A stretch of 63,654 nucleotides of DNA, counting the filler, from Intoshia linei (Eukaryota; Animalia; Orthonectida): assembly GCA_001642005.1 (NCBI GenBank). It is 5 parts of 5 records of this genome, joined end to end, with 100 filler letters (N's around TTAATTAATTAA, not from the genome) between each part and the next. Parts side by side here need not be neighbours in the genome. Positions count along the whole stretch, not along the records: positions 1 to 19,392 come from LWCA01000740.1; 4 more parts are not named here. One strand, given 5' to 3'. A program made the position numbers and the translations under genes. A model generated the notes under the pieces. That model worked only from the letters and a program-made list of their open reading frames with translations, was not told the origin of the DNA and searched no databases. Positions 1 to 12,101 of the stretch are shown in pieces (position 1 is the first letter of the stretch; each line of letters starts with the position of its first letter).

Positions 1-331
1 ACCAGCATCCAGTCAGAAAGAGCTTTTTCAATTACAGGATTATTCAACACAAAAGTGAGAACAAGTCTGTCTGGTAAAACGCTCAATGCATTGTTTCTTA
101 CAAGATTGTTTCCAAAAAGATGTGGATCATCCAGCAAGTTCTGAAGGTTGATTACATTTTTAAAGGATTAAAAAGATTAAGATTGTTTTTTGTGACAATA
201 AATAGTACTGTATTCGTGTCTTCTTTGGATTTATGTCCTTAAAAATTTTGAAAACACGTTTTTAATCGGTTTTATATAAATTATAGTCGAATAAAATCGG
301 TTTTAAAATTTTCGGTTTTTTGCGAGCCCTA
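1..331 (+). mobile_element. hAT transposon 3' remnant (dimerisation-domain fragment plus right terminus)
   Basis: Frame 1 reads TSIQSERAFSITGLFNTKVRTSLSGKTLNAL, matching the hAT C-terminal S-x-x-x-ERxFS motif. It ends in ...CGGTTTTTTGCGAGCCCTA (TAGGG-type terminus) with repeated TCGGTTTT subterminal motifs. Confidence 0.75.
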
Positions 332-474
332 ATTTTTATAGGTATAGTTGATTAAAGTGAAATGGATTAAGACCTAACTTGAAAGTCTAACTTAACAAGT
401 CTTACTAATTTATATTCTTATTTATGTTGTGTTATTGTTATACTGTGTCCATTTTTAAAAATATTATATTATAG

Positions 475-947
475 GGTCTGGATCTTTAGCTGCTCTGTCT
501 GTTCTTGAATCTAGATATACACCAGATATGACTGAAGAGGAAGGAAAGAATTTGGTCAATGACGCTGTTTGTGCCGGTATTTTTAATGATTTGGGTTCTG
601 GAAGTAATGTTGATGTGTGCGTTATTAAACAAGACGTTGTGGACTATATTCGACCATTTAATAATGCAAATATTTCTAAAAAAATGTAATTATAATTTGT
701 TGTGATTGAGTGTTCGCCAGAGACTATCGCGAGATTTTTTTAAATTTATACAATTTTTTCAGACATGGTATTCTGCATCTTTAATTGATTTGAAAAATTT
801 GGCGGCCACGTGTTATTTTTATAAATGTGTATTATGATATATCTGTTTAGGACGGGTGATTACACTTTTAAAAAAGGAACAACCGAAATTATATCAGAGT
901 CTGTGAAAATTTTAAAGATCCAAAAACCTTTAATGTCTGACAATTAA
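475..947 (+). CDS. PSMB7: Proteasome subunit beta type-7 (beta2), last two exons (475-685, 851-947); 5' part outside the window
   Basis: Spliced translation [51 protein letters not shown]...[26 protein letters not shown] is diagnostic of beta2. Splice sites are canonical AG/GT. Confidence 0.93.
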
Positions 948-3900
948 ATTAAATTTTGTTTAGTTATATTGAAAAGTTGTTCTTCGCAAAATTTAGTTAA
1001 ATCTGAAATTTTCTTTTCAGTTGTTTGAATTTCGTTTCTTGAATCCTGAATGTCTACCAATTTTTTACGTATATTCATTTCACTTAATTGTTGATTTTGT
1101 TTATTGTTTTTTTCTTCGTGGTGTATTTGTTCAGTTAGTTCGTTAATTTCTAAAGTATATTGGTCCTTTAGAACGTTGTATCTATTTGAAATGTCTGCGG
1201 CTTCATTAATTTGTCTATCCAATATATCTGATATTTTATTAATATTCTAAATGTATGTAATGTATAAATATGTACATTAGTGATTCTCAACCGGGCATTT
1301 CTTCTGGCGATGATTTCTACTATTTTCGTGGGGGATTAAAATTTGTTAAGTTTTGTTTAATTTTTATTTATAAAAAGGTATATACTTAAATCCGACCATT
1401 TTTACTAAAAATTAAAATGTACCAACCCTTGAGGGGGAAATTCTAGTTTTACCAACTCTAAAAAAAAAAATCCAGTTTTACCAACCCTAAAAGAAAAATC
1501 TAATTTTATCGAATTGCAGAATATTTCCTGAAAATCAGTATCACAGACAAAACAAAATGAAGTTCTTAAATAGATCTATTTATTATATAGAAGGATTATA
1601 GATAAAAATATGTTATAACCGCTTTAGTATTTAATCTGATGATGAAACAAATATAAAATAATAATATAAAATTTTAAAACAAAATTTAAAAGAAATTATT
1701 CATTATGGTTTTTTTCAGTCCTTTAAATATTTTATATTTTTTCTATTAAGTGTTTTGAGTTGTCTTCTTTGTATTTTAAGTATTTTTAACGGCAATACAA
1801 TGGAATCCGCTTGTAAGAGACACTGGATATAAGGAACGAAAATCCAATTATAGTGGACAGGCAATTTGTTTTTTAAAATAAATTATTAATTAAATTTTTA
1901 AATAAGTTTGGTTCAAAAAATTTCCTAAAAACCCCCCTTAAAATTTTGGTTTAAAAAAATTACTAAAACCCAAAATTAAACTAAAATATAAATGAAAGTT
2001 TTACACATTCTACGACTTATCCATTTTTCGGATATAAGAGACGTCCGGTTATAAGGGACAAATTGCTTAGTCCCGATGCGTCTCTTATAAGCGGATTCCA
2101 CTGTACATTCAATCTTTTTTTTTTAACGAACGACATCGAATACTTGGTAGCATTTTTTTTTTCTTAGAAAACATTTTGCAACTGCACTTATAATAATCGA
2201 CTTATAATCAATAATTGATATTGTTAGAAACGCATACTTTTTCAAAATTTTTTTTAAACCAGACATTGTTTCAGACTGGATTTTTCCGATTAATGGGTTA
2301 TATTGTAGGTAAAAGTGGAATTTTCCCTAAAGAGTTGATAAAAGTGGATTTTCCTTAAAAGGTTGGATTTAAGAACATTCTCTTTATAAAAATATTCAGT
2401 TTCCCAAACTGATTTTGTTGGCCAAATTTAAAAACGTTCTAATTTTATACAAACTGATGAACTTTTAGCATGTTAAAGTGTTGTTATGTTACATTATTTC
2501 TATCATAAGGTCAAATTATTGTTATTGTTTTCCTTTATAAGTAAAAAATGTTTAAACTGGAAAAAAAATGGCAACGGTTAGATTAAAAAATTAAAATAAA
2601 AGATAAAGTGACCGAGAAAATTGTGTATTGGCTTACAATTTTCATCTGTCCAGGGTATTGTTGATTCTTCACAACTGCATCTTTTAAGAGTGAGTTTTAA
2701 AAGTTTTAAGTAGTCCCGAAGAAATTGATGAGATCATTAATTAAAGAACTCTTACAATCTTACAAAATAATTATTGGGATATTAAAAATAATGTGTAAAA
2801 TTCGACTGCTTTATTAAATTGTAAATTGGGTTTATGAGACACAGAAATTCAGAAATTAAAATTTTCAGTGATAATTTGTCCACCTACATATCTAAAATTT
2901 TAAACAGCTCTCATTGTTCGTTATACAGTCAAACCTGTATATATTGAACACCTAATATAGTGAACATTAAAAATTATTTTGTTAACAAAAAATCCACTTT
3001 ATATGGAAGTATAGTGAACAATACGGTAATGAACGATGAACACCTTTCAAAATGAAAATAATATTCTATTTTTGTATAATCTCATTGTAATTTGAATCAT
3101 ATAATATGATTTGCATTTTATTTTTACATTATATAATGAACGATAAAAAGCGTAAAAATTTGTCAATTGGAGAAAAAAAATAAAATCATATTGTTTCATG
3201 AGGAAAATAAAACATAGCCAACGAAATATGGCTAAAAAATTTAAATTATCTCTGGGTTGCATTAATGGAATAATTAAAAATTCACACAATATTCTCATTC
3301 AAGGCGATAAGATCATCCGTAATAGAAGCTTTTTTAAAACCTCTAAAATAGATGAAAAACTATTTGAATGAATTGAATTTAAAAGGTTGAAACATTTTAT
3401 TTTATCTGACGAAATGATTAAAACAATGGCTCTAAAATTGAAGATTTTAAGGCTTTAAATGGTTGGATAAGTTGTTTGGAAAAACGTCATTGTCTTGTTT
3501 CAAAAAAGTTATTGGTGAAGAGAGGCTTGTTGATCCCATTCTAATTAAAAATTTTAAGCATATTTACATAAAAAAAATTGCTAATTATAACCACAAAAAT
3601 ATTTTTAATTGTGATGAATCTGGATTGTTTTACAAATGTTCTTCTAACAGAACGGTAACATTATCGAATGTAGATAAAGCATGTGGTAAGTTCAGCAAGG
3701 AACGTATAACTATACTATTCAGTGTAAGCATGTTAGACGAGAAGTTAAAATTATTAATTATTTAGAAAATCTAAAAACCCTTGAGGTTTTAAGAATTTAG
3801 ATTTTGAAAAATTAAATGTTTCCTATAAAAGTAACAAAAAATCGTGGATGACATTAATAATTTTTGAATCACGGTTGTCACATTTAAATTTATGGATGAA

Positions 3901-6510
3901 AAATGAAAATAGAAAAATTCTTTTAATTCTAAACAACACAACTGTTCATTCAAAATGTACTACACAATTAAATATTTCAAAATGTAACTTATGAGGAAAA
4001 ATTGTAACTTTATTAACCTACAAATTTTTTAATTAGTCAATTAATATAGATAATTTTGGTACCACCATGTATGAAATTTGAAACTAATTAACATCAAAAA
4101 ATAACTTTTTCTTGCTTTAGTTATGACGCTTCAAGTGGAAAAATCAGCATTTTAAGGATAATAAAAAGTTCACAAAAACTCTATAATAAAAATCGTTATT
4201 TTTTCTATGTTAGATTCAATATATACAGGTATTAATGTATTTACTTTAGTTTGTTATTTAAATATGATATTATGAGCCCATTCTCTGTCATAAATTAAAA
4301 AAATGATAAATTTAAATTATATGGTACCATATTTCTTTTTACGTTGTTTGTTAGTTTGATTTGTATATTTTCGGAATATTACAAAATTATTATAGAAAAT
4401 TTAATATTAAGGCTCGTTAAAAAATTATAACATCAAAAAATAGAATATACTATATTTTAAAATACATTCTCAAAAGGAATGCATCATAACTACGTCAATG
4501 TTGACTAAAAAAGTAATAACAGTACATGGTAATGTTCAGAAAATTAAACTCTATCGAATATATGTAAAAATAATGCGGTTAGAATTTAAAAACATGAGTA
4601 ATTATTGTTGTATACCATTGACGGAACATCCCCAAAAGCGGTACAATAATTTAAAATTTATTAATACCATAAATGTATAGTGTAAATAATAAGTTAAATT
4701 TGTAACGCCGTGACATTTTATGCGCATTTTGAACCGAATTTATAGTCTAATTACAAGAATAAATTTTTTTGAATTTTAGAAATATCTGTTAACTACGTTC
4801 TTATCTCATTATTCAATCTATTACAAAACCACAATTAATTAAATATTCACAATAATCATCAAAAACGGTTTGATGATCACCTGTAGATCACTTAAATTGA
4901 AATATTTTATTTGCTAGAGAATGGCTCTTATACATAATAATTATGTTTATAGTAAATTTTTTGTGATTATTTAAAACCTCTCTTTCATTTATGAACCACT
5001 ACTGAATTTAATTTATAAATATTACCTCTTCACCATATTTTTCAATTTGGCTCAATTTTGTATATTTTTCTACACATTTAGTCATGTTCTTATCGAATTT
5101 AATTTGATCTTCTCTCAACTAAATTGATTTATTTAACAGTTTTATTTGAGTCTTTAAGGGTCAAAACCACAATTTACCCTTTTAAAAAATAAAATAAACC
5201 TAGAATTTAAAAAGGTATTTTGTGGTTTTACGATGAAGATGTAAGTTTCTGGCGTTGAGATTTACGACAATTTTAATGATTTTAAAACGCATCAAGTATT
5301 TATGTATTTTAAATTCTAGGACTCGTTTTATTTTATAAAAAAAGGGGTAATTTGGGTTTTTGTCCCTGAAGAACTTAATTTCAGATAATTAATTTCGATA
5401 AATCCTAACTTAATTTTTTGGTGGAATTCAAAAAGTCTACATTCGTTACAGCTAGGTACACTGTACCGGTACATTGCAATGTACAATGCATTGTATTATA
5501 AATTATATAAGGTAAATAATATATATTACTTGAGAATTTTGTTTTCGAATATTAGCAATATTGGCTTCAAGCTTCAGGTGATTTTCTAGAATAAAAAAAT
5601 TAATAAATTAATGACAATTCTCACCACGTCTAAATTTAAATTTTAAGGTGTTTCTTTAAGGGAAAATTGAATGAAATAAAATTCCCTTTAAAACCCTACA
5701 AAAAATTGGACCCAAAATTATCTTCAAAACCTTTAACAATTGGTGGAAAAAATTCCCTTAAAAACCTACCAAATGTTGGCCAAAAATTATCTTCAAAATC
5801 TTCACTAATTGATGAAAACAAATTCCTGTTAAATATTTTTTATATTTATTTTGAATTTCACGGACCCAAGCATATAGTTTACATCTACAAAGGGGTCCAG
5901 GGACCCCAATCAAGAACCACTGCTCTAGGTATATCGCTCAAATGAATATTAACAGAGAAGTCTCGTATTCTTACTTATAGTTAGTGTTCCTATGTAATGC
6001 ATGTTATTTATTTCAAAAAGTTAGAGTTCTAGAATTTAATAAAACATAGATTTTAATCCAATAAAAATGTCATGTTCACGTTGTATGAAATTTAATCAAG
6101 TTAAATTATCATTAAATAATCAACATGAACATTGTCAAATCATAATCAAATTGTCCATCATAATAATTATTAAGTTATATTTATACAAGTAATCAATAAA
6201 ACCATATTTTTTTTCAATAATACAGTTGACCTCGTCCACTTTCTTTCTAGTTGATTAATTAAAATAATTGATTATTTTACTTGATTTGCATAATGGAATT
6301 AGCATCAACTTGATTTTGAATGGTATTAATTTTTTTCAAAATGGAATCATATTCTTCTTGTCGAATTTTGAGATGATTTGAAGTTTTAATTTTAATAGCG
6401 GTACCAAGTTTAGTGGATAATTTGCTGTATTGCTGTTGTGAATATCTTAAAATTTTAACGTATTCGACATTATTCGTACTTATTGAATTGACACAATTTT
6501 CTACAACCAT
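944..6510 (-). CDS. Uncharacterised coiled-coil protein of about 213 aa; exons 6510-6281, 6246-6231, 5118-5026, 1246-944
   Basis: Four exons with GT-AG boundaries and compatible phases (2,0,0) give one open frame that is E/K/Q/N-rich and heptad-like. No family recognised. Confidence 0.7.
1376..2382. mobile_element. Foldback/MULE-like non-autonomous element
   Basis: Imperfect inverted ends (CTTAAATCCGACC / GGTTGGATTTAAG), ~29-bp subterminal tandem units at both ends, and a flanking direct repeat TTTATAAAA (1367-1375 and 2383-2391). Confidence 0.5.
1798..2103. mobile_element. pogo/Tigger-type MITE
   Basis: TA|CAATGGAATCCGCTTGTAAGAGAC ... GTCTCTTATAAGCGGATTCCACTG|TA: terminal inverted repeats with a TA target duplication. 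Confidence 0.85.
2926..4000 (+). mobile_element. Degenerate Tigger/pogo (CENP-B-like DDE_1) transposon, 3' truncated
   Basis: TA|CAGTCAAACCTG terminus; MNDKKRKNLSIGEK HTH start at 3136; IFNCDESGLFYK, SKERITILF and NKKSWMT motifs, interrupted by stops and frameshifts. Confidence 0.88.
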
Positions 6511-6561
6511 TTCAAATAGAATTGTTGCATATATTGTAAATATTTACTTTTTGCAAGTGGT

Positions 6562-7450
6562 ATGCTACTTTACATATTTTATTGCACTTTAGCAATATTT
6601 TCAAGTTTTACTGCACTTGGATCTATTCTTTTTCTAGTGGGACTGGTATATTGTAATGGAAAAAGATCGCTTGCATATTACGGAATAATCCACGCTTTAG
6701 TATTAATGTCCATAATACTTTGATTGTACCATTACATTAATATTTTGACCAATACTTTGACACATGGAGCAATGGTTCTGTCAGCCTGCATGGTTGGTCC
6801 TTTTATGCTTACAGCCATCGTGGCGCATTCCTACGGCCTTTTAAAAATAATTTCAAGCAACTATCGAGTCAGAAGAGTATATTCAAATTTCGTACCATTC
6901 ATTTTGGTTTTGCTCAATGTTGTAAATATGCTCGTCTTTGTGATGATTATGAATTATGTAAATATTACGAAAACTATGAAAAGTGGAATTCTTATAGAGT
7001 GTGGATTTACGCAGACAATTGTTGGCTTGTGTGTCTGTATACCTTATTTAAATTTGTTGTATTTGTTTAGATTACGGGTTAGAAATCGAATTGAAATTTT
7101 GGATCCAGATTATCTGTATGAAACTTCAAGTATTTGTACAACAAAAAGCCAGTTTTCTCGAAATTTATCTATATTGGATTCATTTAAGGTTGAAGTTAAA
7201 GATAAATCAAAAATACCATTTTTTGTTAAAGCTACCGTTCTGTTGATTTGCTTAGTTTTAATATTTATTGTGACCAAAATCTATCTTAGTATTTATCATA
7301 TAAATGCTATACATACTGGCAATTTTAATATGGATGGACTCAAAATTATACAAAATGATTAAACATGTTACTGAAGCTGGAATCAATTTCCTTTTAATTT
7401 CTTATTCAATGTATTCAATCTATTCTTATTTCAAAAATGTCAAAGGATAA
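6562..7450 (+). CDS. Multi-pass (6-7 TM, GPCR-like topology) membrane protein with in-frame TGA at 6721; possible pseudogene
   Basis: ATG 6562 is in frame with ORF 6724-7362 across a single TGA. Six hydrophobic segments are in frame, and a seventh (GINFLLISYSMYSIYSYF, ending TAA 7450) lies in another frame, reachable through a GT 7289 - AG 7376 intron. Confidence 0.5.
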
Positions 7451-8214
7451 TGTTTAAAGAACATTAAAAAATCAGAGAAAAATTTACGGATATACATTTG
7501 TAATTATTTATTGATAACAAGATTAAACGCTAATAATATTCTTTATTTTACTAAATTTAACGATTTATCCAGTTCATACTTTTCAATCTAAAATTAATAA
7601 ATTTCAGTGATTGAATTATTATAATTATAATTAGTGATGAATATGATTAGGTTAGATTAATATAATTATATTATAAAAAATTATAATTATAAATTTGTTA
7701 AAATTTTTGGGTCATTGGTAATCAATATAAAATCGGTAAAACCAAAAGACGTAAAAAAATAATTTTTTAGCTTTTATTATTTATTTATATTTATATTATA
7801 TATTATTATATTTATATTATATATTTATTATTTATTTTTTTATTAAATAAGTGATATAATTATCAAAATGTTAATATTTAAATTTTAAATAAATACAACA
7901 TAATATAGTGCAAATATGGAAAATCAGAGCTAGGGATATGATTTTGCCAATGACGAATTTAATATTGTTAAAAAAAATTTCGTTAAAAAAGTTTAGTAAA
8001 TAGTGATTCCAATTTATCACCTTTTATAACTTTACACATATCAAAAAGGTTATTGCTTTCTTCTTCATCATTCACTTCATTTTCGTGGAATCGAATGCGA
8101 TTTTAATCCTCATTTGAAATAGTTTTTTTGTCAATATTATTTTTAATTCTGTATTATCAAATCATCATGAAAGTATGATTACATTTTATATAAACAGTTA
8201 AAAATTAATAAGAG

Positions 8215-8576
8215 AAAATCAAAGATTTCCTACTATCTTTTTTGAATATTCACTTAATAGAAAGGTTGTAATCTTTAATATTATCATTTGAAACAGTTTT
8301 TATGTCAATATTATATGATGAACATTGTAGAATATATTTTAAATTGAATATTTACCAGACCTTTGATTCTTTAAACTATTTTCTTCCTAGCTATTTGAAT
8401 TCCCATACTTCAAAACTTAAAAACTGTTTCTTAAGATATAAATGTGAAGTATTTTTTAATAAATTGGGGCCTCTTTTTAAAATATAAATATAAAGTTCTT
8501 TTATTAATTTGGGGAAGTTTTTAATGAGTGGTCCTGGGCTGCAGCCCATATTGCCCATGCCTTAAAATGGCTCTGC
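8215..8576. mobile_element. hAT-type non-autonomous element fragment (same family as 29032-29500)
   Basis: Near-identical to 29187-29500, including the GC-richer end ...CCCATATTGCCCATGCCTTAAAATGGCTCTG. Confidence 0.8.
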
Positions 8577-9365
8577 ATGTATATTAATATGTGTGAAATT
8601 AACCCCACTTTAGGGGAAAAAATTAATAAATTTAATTCCTGATTAAAAAATATTTATTTATTATTTCAAGCATATTATGCCACTTTACAGGTTAAAACCA
8701 CAATTATCCTTTTTTAACATCAAAAGAATTATAGAATTTAAAAAATATCTTTACTTATATAAAATGCTTTATTTGTCTGTGTTATCGTTTATTTCAATAA
8801 CTAACAGTCTTAGAATTTTATAAAGTCCACATTTCAATTACAGTTTTTTTCGGGTGAAAATAAGATAAATTTCAATTTCACAAAACTTCAAAACTCACAT
8901 CTTACGCTTAAAAAACCCCAATTATCCTTTTTTTTGAAAATCAAACGAGTTGGAGAATTAAAAAAATATACACTGATACAGATTTTAAAATCATAAATTT
9001 AAAAAAAATATCTTCAGGGCCAAAACCCCAAATTAGGCATTATTTAAAAAAAACCAATTTCTAATACAGTTTGCCAGAGTGTGTCTAATTAATTAAGAGG
9101 ATCTATTTTTCATTTTCCGAATATGAGTCCTTCAGGGTCAAACCCCCAATAAAACATACATTCTGGGATGCGTTTGAAACATTAACATTATCGTAAATTT
9201 CAGCTTCAGTAACGCATAAATCATGGTCAAAATCACAAATTAACCTTTATTTTAAAAATGAAACCATTAACATGTCCCAAGTGTTTATTAATTCTTATAA
9301 TTTATTGATACTTTCACATTTTTTAAAATCAATATCATTATAAACGTATTCAGTTCTTTAATTAA

Positions 9366-9531
9366 CCGTTTACTGTCCGCAGATAGAAATGACACGATTT
9401 ATAAAATAAATTTGAGAAGAATATATGATCAATTTTGCTAACTAACAATAATAAATTTCGAAAAAAAAATTAGTTCATTAATACGTGCTAATTACGAGTA
9501 TTCCATTAATGGAACACCTGACAGTAAACGG
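9366..9531. mobile_element. piggyBac-like MITE
   Basis: TTAA|CCGTTTACTGTC ... GACAGTAAACGG|TTAA: perfect 12-bp TIR with TTAA target duplication. Confidence 0.8.
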
Positions 9532-9769
9532 TTAAAGAATTTGAATCAAATATACCAGGATATTTTGATTTTAGAGAGGATACGTAATTTAAAGGAAAGA
9601 TTTTCGCAAAATCATCAAATTTTTTTACATCAATTAATTCGAAAAAATTAAATTCTGCAATATGCAATAGTTATATACGTGTCTAGTGCATAAAGTTTCA
9701 CATTCTGTACTAGTTTTGTTCTAATGCATAAACTCGAAGAGTGAGTGCAGACCTATACTCATAACAGTA

Positions 9770-10066
9770 TAATCAAAGGGAAGCAGCTATGATATTCAAA
9801 AAAGAATTTTTAAAGTGATAATTTTACAAAAATTTCGTTGAGACCCGGAAGAGGGTCTCTGATCAGTAGATTCAGATCTAAATAAATGGAATAATCAAAT
9901 AAAAATACCCATCAAAACGCGAAAACTCCCTTTTCCCAAATCCATAAGCATAGCTTTTTTTTTTGTTCTTGAGAAAATTTAAAATGTCTTGCGAGCTATC
10001 AAACCGCGACAAAACAATAGTAAACACCAAAAACAACACAAAAAAAATTAAATTTTTTTGTTTCAT
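9770..10066 (-). CDS. Candidate neuropeptide precursor (SYAYGF-amide); 3' exon structure uncertain
   Basis: Signal-peptide-like MKQKNLIFFVLFLVFTIVLS, then KKK-SYAYGF-G-KR (basic cleavage, amide-donor Gly, dibasic site). A small GT-AG intron lies at about 9908-9878. Confidence 0.65.
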
Positions 10067-10226
10067 TTAAATTATAAATATATTATTACGCTAATAAATA
10101 ACTAATATACGAAAATAAACAGTATATAAAATATCGATTATTCCTATTAAAACGGAAGCATAACAATTATCGACAAATGAAATAAACAGAATTATTAAGA
10201 TTTATATAAAAGGTTTGAGGTTATGC

Positions 10227-11127
10227 CTATTTTTCTAGTTTAAATCCATCAAAATTAACGTCTTTGACCTTCCAACCGTGGTTATCATTAATATTATTGA
10301 ACAATCTATCAAATTAAAAATAAAAGTGTAATTGAAATATTAAAACATCAATAAATGACGTAAAATGGGATATATACTCAAGAATGCTAATTTATATATT
10401 TATAATTACAAAATTTTAATGAAACTACCTAAAAGATGCCAATGTGAAAATTAGTTTTGAAGGGACCATGTCTGCTACTTGCACGTCATTTTTCAAACTA
10501 ATGAAAAATTTCGATTGAAACGAGAATAGCGGTACATCTGTAAAATCCTTTAATGATATAATTTTTTAGGTACTTTTTACTTTTATCAAAAAAAGGATCG
10601 TTTAATAAGGTGGCCATGAAAAAACTCTTGTTTATGGAATGTATATATTGCTTCCGAAAATCTTGGGACGTGTCGGTCAGGCGTTGTTCAAATTTTGAGT
10701 AAATCTAAACAAAAATGACTACAAATAAAATAAACATGTACCTCATTATCAAATAAATGTTCAATGTCTTTGAGTCGATTAGATTTGACGCAATTTGAAA
10801 TTTTATTAATAATCTTTATAATAATAATTATTATAATTAATAAATATTAATGATTTATAAAAAAATGAAATAACATACTTTATTTGAACCCAATAATAAA
10901 TCTTCAAAGTTAAATGGCAAATTATTGAAAAGTTTCAAGAAAAATAATTGAATTTTGAAATTTACATTGTTTATTGGATGTACAGCAAATAATTCAGAGT
11001 CTTTTTTGTCACCCATAAGAGAATAAACACATTTTATGTGTAATGGAGAGTTTTGGATTTGTAGTAGGTATTTTTTTGACATTTTCAAAAAATTGTGTCC
11101 TTTTAATGGATTTATTAATTTCAACAT
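10227..11127 (-). CDS. MAIP1/C2orf47-like mitochondrial protein (Tim44-like fold), about 5 exons
   Basis: Basic N-terminus, then PINNVNFKIQLFFLKLFNNLPFNFEDLLLGSNK|IINKISNCVKSNRLKDIEHLFDNE|IYSKFEQRL... and C-terminal ASFRLFNNINDNHGWKVKDVNF. The pattern recalls MAIP1; recognised by eye only. Confidence 0.55.
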
Positions 11128-11500
11128 TTTTATTTCCCAATTAATTATAAAGTACTGTATTAAAAAATTGTAAATTATCCATTTTATTGAAGTAATAAAC
11201 TTTAGTTTTAATAAACTTAATTTTTTCTATAATTGTGGATCGTTGTGTACAAAATATTTTAAACACATTATTTGAAAGTAGGTATTGTATTAGACGAGGG
11301 GATAAGGAAATACATGACAATAAATTAATAATTATAATAAAGCATTAAAATTTATTAACATTCTGAATTAATAGTACAGTTGATTAATTGATAAAATAGA
11401 ATGTACATTTCATATTTGATATTGATATAATTTTGATGAAAAATATACAAGTTAATCAGTGTTAAACCTAAAATAAATAAGAAAATTTTACTCGGAAAAG

Positions 11501-12101
11501 TTACTGTAAAACTGTGCATTTCTCCAAGTCAATTTTATTGAAAGAAAAGTTTTTTTGATGGAAAGATTTATTTTTAATGTGAATTTCGGAAATATCTTCA
11601 AAAGAAACAATATATATCTTTTTCGTATCTGTTAGAGCCAACTACAAAGATTATTAAATTAAATTATTATGTGAGGGTTTTGAATTTACAAAAATTATCA
11701 AATAATTGTTCCAAAACAGTTTACTATATGGAATATTATATACAGGCCTGGAACTTTATTTTTGAAACTTTTTTGGCGAACTTGCCAAAATGAAAATTCC
11801 CCAATATTTGATTAAAGAATAATTAGACAAACGAAAAAGCATTAATAAGTCAGTGAGTTACAACATAAATCTGAATTTAAAGTCTAAGTTATATTACCTC
11901 TTCACAATCTTTAATAGAAACTGCAACAATTTCACCAGTCAATTTTTTATTGTTAACCATTTTTATGGAAACAAAATGTCCCTAAAAAATACATAAATTA
12001 TAGGGTCTTCAAATTGACACTTTTTTAATAGTTTGAAAATAATATTTCGTTGTAAATATTACACCACAGTTTTGCAATTTAACTAGGCGACAAAGGTTCA
12101 T
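11501..12101 (-). CDS. Small Sm/LSm-fold protein resembling the LSM12 N-terminal domain; exons 12101-12021 (or 12063), 11981-11898, 11641-11501
   Basis: Phase-0 splices give GHFVSIKMVNNKKLTGEIVAVSIKDCEE|LALTDTKKIYIVSFEDISEIHI, paralleling the LSM12 pattern GxxVS...LxGEVVAFD...LAL...IxxxxISEV. Confidence 0.55.

Noticed and set aside
6721-6723. Alternative genetic code (TGA = Trp) for the whole genome
   Set aside because: Conserved Trp residues in eIF4E, neurocalcin and the RRM gene are all TGG; one TGA is not evidence of a code change.
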